Source: a virus
Length of the DNA stretch: 64,000 nt
IMG/VR virus record: IMGVR_UViG_3300036770_007174
Coordinates: 28,336-92,335 of that record
Strand: one strand, 5' to 3'
Shown here: piece by piece, positions 57,057 to 64,000 of the stretch
How positions within the stretch are numbered: the stretch's first letter is position 1
Layout: each line of letters begins with the position of its first letter
Notes under the pieces: model-generated
What the model saw: only the letters and a program-made list of their open reading frames with translations
Told to the model about the DNA's origin: nothing
The model's database searches: none
Made by a program: the position numbers and the translations under genes

Positions 57057-58253
57057 ATGCCGATCCCAGCATGGCGCGCGGCGCAGACCACCAACACGAC
57101 CGGCACCGGCACGCTGGTTCTGAACGCCGCCCCCACCGGCCGACGCGGATTCCAGACCGCCTTCGGCAGCGGCGCCATCCGGGTCTGCTACGTCATCCAG
57201 GGCACGACTTTCTGGGAGATTGGCCTGGGCGACTTCGACGGCGGCTCGCCCGGCAACCTCACCCGCGCGACGGTGCTGGCCTCCTCCAACTCCAACGCGC
57301 TCGTCTCGCTGCCCGCGGGCACCGCCGACGTGTTCGCCTTCCTCGATCCGGCATCGCGTGCGCTGCTGACGGGAACCGGCACGGTCAACCTGACGCTGGC
57401 CGACCTCGGCAACCTCGTCGCGTGGTCGGGCAGCAGCGCGGCCAGCGCCACCTTCCCGGCGATCGCCACCGTGCCGCCCGGCCAGGGGTTCCTCCTCATC
57501 AACGGCGGCACGGCCGCGTTGACGCTCGACCCGAACGCCGCCGAGCAGATCAACGGCGCGGCGACGCTGGTGCTCCAGCCCGGCGAGGCGGCCGACTGCT
57601 ACCGCGCCGGCTCTGCCTGGGTGGCGGTCGTCGCCACACCGCTGTCCGGCTTCTCCCGCAACGCCCGCTTCACCGCCTCCGGCTCATGGACCGTGCCGGC
57701 CGGCGTCACCCGCGCCGGGGTCCGCATCTGGGGCGGCGGCGGCGGCGGCGGGGGCAACGGCACCGCCGGAGCAGCGGGCGGAGGCGGCGGTGGCGGCTAC
57801 GCCGAGGACATCATCACCGGCCTCGTGCCCGGCGCGTCCATCGCCATCACCGTCGGTGCCGCCGGCACCGCGGGTGCCAACACCGGCACGGCCAGTTCGA
57901 ACAACGGCGGCGCCGGGGGCACCAGCAGCTTCGGTGCCTCGCTCTCGGCGACCGGCGGCACCGGCGGCGGCGGTTCGGCAAGCTCGGCCGGCGCCGCGGG
58001 CGTTGGCGGCAGCGGTTCAGGCGGTGGGTCCGGCGCGATCCTGGCCACCGGTGGCTCAGGCTCGGCCGGCACGGGTGCCGGCGCGGGCGCGATCGGCGGA
58101 CGCGGCGGCGAGGGCGCCATGGGCGGCGGCGGCGGCGGCACGTCCACCGGCACGGCGCTGGCCGGAGGCTTTCCTGGGGGTGCGGGAGGTGGCGGTGCCG
58201 GCACCAACATCGGCGCCGTCGGTGCCGCCGGCCTCGTCGTCATCGAGTTCTGA
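57057..58253 (+). CDS. Glycine-rich tail/fibre protein
   Basis: TTGTGT.L, WEIG.G, LTR.TVL.SSN N-terminus; FTASGSWTVPAGVT + Gly-rich domain ending GLVVIEF. Confidence 0.8.
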   Translation: MPIPAWRAAQTTNTTGTGTLVLNAAPTGRRGFQTAFGSGAIRVCYVIQGTTFWEIGLGDFDGGSPGNLTRATVLASSNSNALVSLPAGTADVFAFLDPASRALLTGTGTVNLTLADLGNLVAWSGSSAASATFPAIATVPPGQGFLLINGGTAALTLDPNAAEQINGAATLVLQPGEAADCYRAGSAWVAVVATPLSGFSRNARFTASGSWTVPAGVTRAGVRIWGGGGGGGGNGTAGAAGGGGGGGYAEDIITGLVPGASIAITVGAAGTAGANTGTASSNNGGAGGTSSFGASLSATGGTGGGGSASSAGAAGVGGSGSGGGSGAILATGGSGSAGTGAGAGAIGGRGGEGAMGGGGGGTSTGTALAGGFPGGAGGGGAGTNIGAVGAAGLVVIEF

Positions 58254-58264
58254 GGAGCATCGCC

Positions 58265-58675
58265 ATGTTGTGGGCACTTGTCGTGGACGGCACCGTGCGC
58301 GAGATCACCGACACCGATCCGGCCGGCCGCTACCATCCCTCGCTGCACTGGCAACCCTGCGACAGCGCGGTGCGCGAGGGCGATTTGTGGACCGGCGGGG
58401 CCTTCGCGCTGCCGCCGCCGGCCGATATACCGCTGCCGCGCACCGTGGCGGCGCTCGCCTTCCGCCGCCGCTTCACGCCCGAGGAGCGCGCCGCGATCAC
58501 GCTCGCCGCCTCCCGCGCGCTGGAGTCCGGCGATGCCACCTTGCAGATCTGGCTCGACGACCTGAACAGCGCCGCCGAGATCGATCTCGATGGCCCTGAT
58601 GTCGCTGCCGCCCTCGAGATGCTCGTGGCGAACGGCCTCCTGGCACCCGAGCGCAAGGCGGACCTGCTGGCATGA
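58265..58675 (+). CDS. Tail fibre assembly-like protein
   Basis: GAGGAG RBS; GRYHPSL.W, FRRRFT.EER.AI. Confidence 0.7.
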   Translation: MLWALVVDGTVREITDTDPAGRYHPSLHWQPCDSAVREGDLWTGGAFALPPPADIPLPRTVAALAFRRRFTPEERAAITLAASRALESGDATLQIWLDDLNSAAEIDLDGPDVAAALEMLVANGLLAPERKADLLA

Positions 58676-58833
58676 GCGAGACCGCCTTCGCGCCGCCCGG
58701 CACCGAGCCGCCTTCTGTGCTGCCGGCCGCACTCGCCCTGGCGGCGCTGGCCGCCCGTCCGCAGCGCGACGCCGGCGGCCAGCCGTCCGCAGCGGTGGTC
58801 CTCGTCGAGATCGACACAAGGGCCGCGGCATGA
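58672..58833 (+). CDS. 53-aa hypothetical protein
   Basis: ATGA overlaps at both ends; VVLVEI motif. Confidence 0.5.
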   Translation: MSETAFAPPGTEPPSVLPAALALAALAARPQRDAGGQPSAAVVLVEIDTRAAA

Positions 58834-60398
58834 CCGACACCTTCGCCCCGCCCGGTGTCTGGCCGCCCGCGGTCCTGCCGGCCGAATGGGTCACGGGCCA
58901 GGGCATCACCGTCCTGCGCATGGCGACCGCCGGCTGGATCAGCGGCCTGGACGACGATCCCGGCTCGACCCTCTGGCCCGCCCGCATCAAGGGCGATGTC
59001 GTGCTGTCGCAGACCGCCGCCGACGCGATCGGCATCGGCGGGCGGATCGCACTCGGCATCTCCGACATCGACCTGTGGGACGGCGACAATGCCCTGGCCG
59101 ACCTGATCCGCTACGGCGGCGCCGACGGACGCAACGCCGTCATCCGCGTCGTGCCCGCACGCTCGCCCGGCGCCTCCGACCTGGGCACGAAGCTCTCGGC
59201 CGCCACGATGCCCTTCCGCGGCATGGTCCGGACCATCGCCGCCACCGACGGTCGCGGCGCACGCCTCTCGCTCGCCGACATCGCCGAGCGCCTCGCCGTG
59301 CCGTTGCAGTCCACCCGCTACCTCGGCACCGGCGGGCTGGAAGGTCCGGCGGCACTCGTGGGCCGCCCCAAGCCGGTCTGCCTCGGCCGCATGTTCAACG
59401 CCGAGCCGGTTGCGCTCGGGAACATCGACCTGGGCGACGGCGCGCTGCCGACCTACCAGTCCCACTGGCGCGCGATCGCGTCCCATGATGCGGTGCGCAT
59501 CCGTGGCGTGGCCCAGACGCCGACGTTCACGGCGCCGGGCATCGGGCAGTTCCGTGACTGGCCTGCCCTGGGCGTGTTCCAGATCGGCGCCAGCCCGGAC
59601 GGCCCCGTCACCACCGATGTTCGCGGCGATGCCGTCCCTTTATATGTGTCCTCTACCGCTGGCATCGTCCGCCGCCTCGTGCAGTCGCTCGGTCCCGCCC
59701 TGGGCGACACCGAGATCGCCGCCGATGCCTTCGCCTTCGCCGATGTCGATCTGCCCGGCGAGGTCGGCTGGTTCCGCGGCGCGCAGGAGATCGGCGCGGC
59801 CGACGCCGCCACCGAGATCCTCGCCGGCGCGGGCGCCGTGCTGGCCGGCGGGCGTGGCGGGCAGCTGCGGCTCTTCGATCCGATCGCCGAGGCGCCGCCG
59901 CAGTTCGACATCCCCATGGCGTGGATCGCCGCTCTTCAGCCATTGCCGCTGCCAGCCACCCTGCGCCCGCCGCCGCGCGCCGTCGCCGTAGACTGGCGGC
60001 GCAACTGGTTCCCGCTGTCCGACCTCGCGGGCTCGGTCGCCGAAGCGGACCGCGCGCAGCTTGCCGGCCAGGCGTCCGGCCCGGCGCGCGCCGAGAGCGC
60101 CATCGTCACGTCCCGCGTCGCCCAGCAGCGCGATCTGCGCCTGCCCGGCCTCTACTGGGCCGAGGCCGATGCGCTGGCGCGCGCCGAACGGTGGCGCCGC
60201 TGGATCGAGTCCGGGCCGCGGCTCTTCGAGCTTGCGACCGACCGCTACCTCGGCGCCGTCGAATGCGGCGACATCGGCCGCGTGACCTACCCGGCCCACG
60301 GCCTGGAAGCCGGCGCGCTCTGCGTCGTCGTCGGCTGGCGCGAAGCGCTGGCCGGGCGCCGTCTTACCCTCACCGTCGCCACCCTTCCGGAAGGATAG
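58830..60398 (+). CDS. Tail tip/hub protein
   Basis: Y.GTGG.EG, GRPKP.CLG..FN.EP; ATG 58830; tail-tip position. Confidence 0.7.
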   Translation: MTDTFAPPGVWPPAVLPAEWVTGQGITVLRMATAGWISGLDDDPGSTLWPARIKGDVVLSQTAADAIGIGGRIALGISDIDLWDGDNALADLIRYGGADGRNAVIRVVPARSPGASDLGTKLSAATMPFRGMVRTIAATDGRGARLSLADIAERLAVPLQSTRYLGTGGLEGPAALVGRPKPVCLGRMFNAEPVALGNIDLGDGALPTYQSHWRAIASHDAVRIRGVAQTPTFTAPGIGQFRDWPALGVFQIGASPDGPVTTDVRGDAVPLYVSSTAGIVRRLVQSLGPALGDTEIAADAFAFADVDLPGEVGWFRGAQEIGAADAATEILAGAGAVLAGGRGGQLRLFDPIAEAPPQFDIPMAWIAALQPLPLPATLRPPPRAVAVDWRRNWFPLSDLAGSVAEADRAQLAGQASGPARAESAIVTSRVAQQRDLRLPGLYWAEADALARAERWRRWIESGPRLFELATDRYLGAVECGDIGRVTYPAHGLEAGALCVVVGWREALAGRRLTLTVATLPEG

Positions 60399-60420
60399 CC
60401 GAACAAGGAGTTCGTCAGAG

Positions 60421-62487
60421 ATGCCTGGTGCCTTCCTCTGGGACGAGCGCGTGGCCCGCGCCGCCGCGCTGTCGGCGATCGGCGCGCAGCCGGTCGCCTC
60501 GCTGCCGCTCTCCAACCTGCTCGATCCGCAGCCGCGCCACCGCACCCGCTGGCTCGGCTCGGCCGCTTCGGTGCTGGTGGATTTCGGCACGGACACGGCC
60601 ATCGATGCCGTCGCGCTGCTGTCCACCACCCTCGGCGCCGCCGATACCGTGCGCTGGCGCCTCGGCGCGCTGGAAGGGCTGGTCGAGGCGGCGGCGGTCT
60701 TCGACCTGCGGTTCACCTCGCCCGGCACCCTCGTGCTGCCCGCCGGCTGGTCGTTCAACCGCGGCTCCGCCGGCTGGCATTTCGACGCCAGCGGCACGCT
60801 GGTCCAGGCCGCGGCCGGCGCCCTGCGCTTCGAGCACAATCCGGCAACGCTCGCCTGCCGCGGCCTGCTGCTGGAGGAGGCGCGGACGAACCGCATCCGC
60901 AACCCGCGCGCCGAAGGCGCCGTGGCGGGATCGCCGGGCACCGCGCCGACCCACTGGGCGATCGCCGGCGGTGGAGGGGTCGTCCCCTCGGTCGTCGGCA
61001 CCGGGACCGAGACAGGCATCCCCTATATCGACGTGCGCTTCAGCGGCACGGCCAGCAGCACCGCCGACCTGTCCGTGAAGTTCGAGGGCAACACGACGGC
61101 AGCGGCGGCCAGCGGCCAGGTCTGGACCGGCTCGGCCTTCGTACGGCTGGTCGGCGGCAGCTTCGGCACGCCGATCCAGGCGCCGCAATTGATCATCCAG
61201 GAATACGACGGCGGCGGCAGCAGCATGATCCAGAGCGCGGGCGTGTGGAGCCCGCTGCCGACCGGCGGCGGCCTCGCCACCCAGCGGCGCGAGTTCTCCC
61301 GCACCCTCACCCACCCCTCGGCCGCCTTCGTGGGGCTGGTGTTCTACGCGCAGTACTGGGCAGGGCAGGCAGTCGACTTCACGCTGCGCATCGGGGCGCC
61401 GCAGTTGGAGCAGGGTGCCGCGGCGTCCTCGCCGATCCTGCCGCCGGTCGGCACGCCGGCGGCTGCAACCCGCGCGGTCGAGCAGGCGGGCGTCCTCGGC
61501 CTGTCCATCGGCGAAGCAACACTGCTGGTGCAATGCCAGGCGCACGGCGCGACGGCGACCATGGTTCCCGCGGGCTACTCGCCGCCGAGCAGCTTCAGCA
61601 ACGCCTCGTATTTCAGCATCAGCACGGGCGGCGGCTGCAACTGGACCGTCCTGTCCGGCGGGGCGGGCATGTCGGTCGGGATCTCGGGGAGCGTGAATGC
61701 GCCGGTCACGCTCGTCGGCGCCGCCTCGGCCGCGGGTGTGCGTTTCGCCCGCAACGGCGCGGCGACAGGCCATTCGAACCCCTATGCCGTGCCCGCGGGC
61801 ATGAACCGCGTCACGCTCGGCGGCGCGCCCTGGGGCGCGGGCCTGGGGAACACAGTCGGGATCGGCACCTACCAGCGCCTCGCCCTCTACGACTCGCGCC
61901 TGCTCGATGCGCAGGTCGCGGCCCTTGCCGGCACGGGATCGTCCCTGGTCGCGGCAGCGGTCGCGCACGACAGCGGCATCCTGGCCGCCGCGACCGAGCC
62001 GCCCTCGCAGGGCAATGTCGTGCTGCTGCGGTCCTCGGCCGCCACGGGGCGCCATCTGCTGGTCGACGTGGTCGCGCCGGGCGCTACCTGCATCGACATC
62101 GGTCGCCTCGTGGCGGGGCCGCTGTGGCGGGTGTCCCGCGCGGTTGCCTACGGGGTGCAGGAGGGTCGCGAGACGCTCGACCGGCGGGACCGCAATCCGC
62201 TGACCGGTGCCGAGTTCCCGGTGCCGGCCCTCACCAACCCGCGCGTCGCCCGCTTCACCCTGCCGTTGCTGAGCGCGGCCGAAATCCGCACCCAGCACCG
62301 AGCGCTCTTGGTCGCCCTGGGCGGCGCGGGCGAGGCGCTGTGGATACCGGAGACAAGCCTGCCCCTCGCCGAGCTCAACGCCCGATCCATCTGGGGCGCC
62401 GTCGCGGCGCCCGGAGAGGAGGCGCTTGCCATCCGCGACAGTCCGGCCGGCACGTCTCGCAGCTTCAGGATTGTGGAGAGGGTGTAG
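60421..62487 (+). CDS. Distal-tail-like protein with inserted lectin/carbohydrate-binding-like domains
   Basis: N-terminal SNLLDPQP and C-terminal IDIGRL.AG parts flank a ~430-aa insert (GLLLEEARTN, IGAPQLEQG, LamG-like ending RLALYDSRL). Confidence 0.65.
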   Translation: MPGAFLWDERVARAAALSAIGAQPVASLPLSNLLDPQPRHRTRWLGSAASVLVDFGTDTAIDAVALLSTTLGAADTVRWRLGALEGLVEAAAVFDLRFTSPGTLVLPAGWSFNRGSAGWHFDASGTLVQAAAGALRFEHNPATLACRGLLLEEARTNRIRNPRAEGAVAGSPGTAPTHWAIAGGGGVVPSVVGTGTETGIPYIDVRFSGTASSTADLSVKFEGNTTAAAASGQVWTGSAFVRLVGGSFGTPIQAPQLIIQEYDGGGSSMIQSAGVWSPLPTGGGLATQRREFSRTLTHPSAAFVGLVFYAQYWAGQAVDFTLRIGAPQLEQGAAASSPILPPVGTPAAATRAVEQAGVLGLSIGEATLLVQCQAHGATATMVPAGYSPPSSFSNASYFSISTGGGCNWTVLSGGAGMSVGISGSVNAPVTLVGAASAAGVRFARNGAATGHSNPYAVPAGMNRVTLGGAPWGAGLGNTVGIGTYQRLALYDSRLLDAQVAALAGTGSSLVAAAVAHDSGILAAATEPPSQGNVVLLRSSAATGRHLLVDVVAPGATCIDIGRLVAGPLWRVSRAVAYGVQEGRETLDRRDRNPLTGAEFPVPALTNPRVARFTLPLLSAAEIRTQHRALLVALGGAGEALWIPETSLPLAELNARSIWGAVAAPGEEALAIRDSPAGTSRSFRIVERV

Positions 62488-62499
62488 AGCGCGTGGCTC

Positions 62500-62978
62500 T
62501 TGTCGGGATGGCCGGAACAAGCGGTAGGGGTTGTATTCGACATCCTGGGGCCGATCGTCCCCCAGCACAGATCGGTGAAGGCGGCGTGCCGATCGCCGGC
62601 GAGGTCATTGACCCGCGCCACCACGTCAATCTCGCCTGGCACGGCGGCGGGCCTCAGCCGATCTTTCAGGCGTCGCTGGTGATCCCGGAGATGCCCGCGC
62701 GGGAATGGGACGTCCCGGCGGCTCCGGCATTGCACCCACCCGTGCCGGCAGTAATTGCCGCCTGGAAGGGCAAGGCGGCGGGGCGGGAGGCGGGGTTACT
62801 GGACGCCGTTGAGGACGCCGTCGCCGAGGCTGCGCCGCGAGTCCGAGATGCCTGGATGGGGGCCGCCGAATGGCAGCGTGGCAGCGACTTCCTCTCCGAC
62901 TTGGCCAATACACTGGGCCTTCTGGGCCTGAACGTCGGCCAAGTCGATCAACTGTTCCGGGTGGCAGATGCAATATGA
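62500..62978 (+). pseudogene. Probably frameshifted tail-associated gene
   Basis: Phage-like coding segments in two frames (VFDILGPIVP, then IDPRHHVN...VDQLFRVA) with no clean start. Confidence 0.45.
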
Positions 62979-63333
62979 AGTTGATAGTCCTTCATCAGAA
63001 TGATGACCCGACCGCTTGATCGCCTGCTAGAAGGGAGGTGTGCTTCCGCATGCACTGTTCTGGCAGACCCTCGCGGCGATCGCCTCGCTGCGTCAATCAC
63101 CGCCGCCGGCCCGATGCTGTGCGTGGCCACCAGTTTTGGTCGCGCACGTCAGCGACGGAAGATCCGCGTCACGTCCGCCACGGTGTTAGAAAATCCCGGG
63201 TCAGCTGCGGTGCTATTGGATCACGCAGCGGCGGTGACGATCTGCGGTGTGGGCGTATCGAGCAGCGACAGCAGCATGTTGCTCAGCAGGACCACCACGG
63301 CTCAAAGGGCCGCGAATTCCATTCAACTACTCA

Positions 63334-63942
63334 TTATCCTGGCTTCCCATCCGCGCGTGGACTAAGCAACAAAGGCGCGTGAACAACGAGGAACAATGCG
63401 AAGGCCGATACCCAGCACAGCGCAGCCACAATAAGCACGGGCAGTGCACCACCGCCCGCTCCGCTTCCAAAGGCGCGCAACAGCGCTGCGGCTAGCAGAA
63501 GCACGTAGGCAGCAACTGTCGCAGGCGCAGCTACAAGCGCGTGTCCAGTATGGCCGAGTGTCGCGCGTGTCATTACTGCGACAATCATCAGCGTCACCGC
63601 GCCCGCTAGTTGCAGGTGCAGCCATGCAGATGCCCAGGACGCGTCGGACAGCAGCGAAATGGCCTTGACCACGAGCGCGATCGGAATCAACGCATAGGCT
63701 AGGTGCAACACCCACAAAATCGGCCAACTTAGCGTGCGCAGCCCGTGCCAGCGTGACAGGCGCAGCGCCACCAGCCCTGCCGCGATGGCCGCGACCATTC
63801 CGGCTAATATGCCGCCCGGCGCGAAAACATCCACCACCGCAACAGCGGTCACAGCGAGGAGCGCACCGCGGTCTTGTACCGCCCGCGGTTTGTGAGACAC
63901 CGTGTTGAAGCCTATGCGGCCAGCGCGGGTGGATGAAACTGC
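63334..63942 (-). pseudogene. nnrS: NnrS-family membrane protein, C-terminal half only
   Basis: RLSRW, PILWVLHLAY, VMTRATLGHTG, PRADGKPG; in-frame TGA at 63943-63945 cuts off the N-terminal half. Confidence 0.75.
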
Positions 63943-64000
63943 TCATTCCTGATGGCGGCTGGTGGCCGGAAGCCGTGTCGCTCGATGAGCCACGTGGTGT

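Larger units (their letters stand above)
20043..62978. mobile_element. Siphovirus-like prophage with serine recombinase (left boundary may extend to ~12.9 kb; right boundary unresolved)
   Basis: Ordered integration, immunity, replication, packaging, head, lysis and tail modules in high-GC sequence. Confidence 0.92.

Noticed and set aside
57725-58210. GGC-rich tandem repeats
   Set aside because: Explained by the poly-Gly coding of a glycine-rich domain.
57057-62978. Diversity-generating retroelement or invertible tail-fibre cassette
   Set aside because: No reverse transcriptase, no template/variable repeat pair and no invertase were seen.
1-64000. tRNA/rRNA genes or a direct-repeat att pair
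   Set aside because: None recognised by eye; tRNAscan-SE and a repeat search including the flanks would be needed.

Overview
High-GC, alphaproteobacterial-looking (Acetobacteraceae/Rhodospirillales-like) window made of two blocks. (1) 1-19.9 kb is an anti-phage defence island of visibly lower GC. It holds a Druantia type I-like operon (partial DruA-like gene, a ~950-aa gene, a ~350-aa gene and an 1846-aa DEAH-helicase/DUF1998 DruE-like gene) with a NERD-nuclease/SF1-helicase fusion gene right behind it. A 670-bp structured spacer follows, then an RsAgo-like catalytically inactive long-B prokaryotic Argonaute translationally coupled to a PD-(D/E)XK nuclease, and a BsuBI/PstI-type R-M pair whose methyltransferase has altered motifs. 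(2) ~20-63 kb is a nearly complete siphovirus-like prophage. It has a serine-recombinase/DUF2924 module, a cI/cro switch with recognisable operators, recombination and replication genes with a candidate origin, a candidate cos site, two ParB-MTases, lambda-type terminase/portal, a protease-capsid fusion, a lysis pair, a tail with a -1 frameshift chaperone, tape measure and tip genes. Morons include a PIN-like protein, an NreB-like MFS transporter and a small membrane protein. The most notable points are that the Argonaute-nuclease-RM cassette may be prophage cargo, the Druantia-like operon has a variant architecture, and a head-tail joining protein is fused to a GH99/WbsX-like glycoside hydrolase domain. 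All family assignments come from motif recognition by eye; no searches were run.
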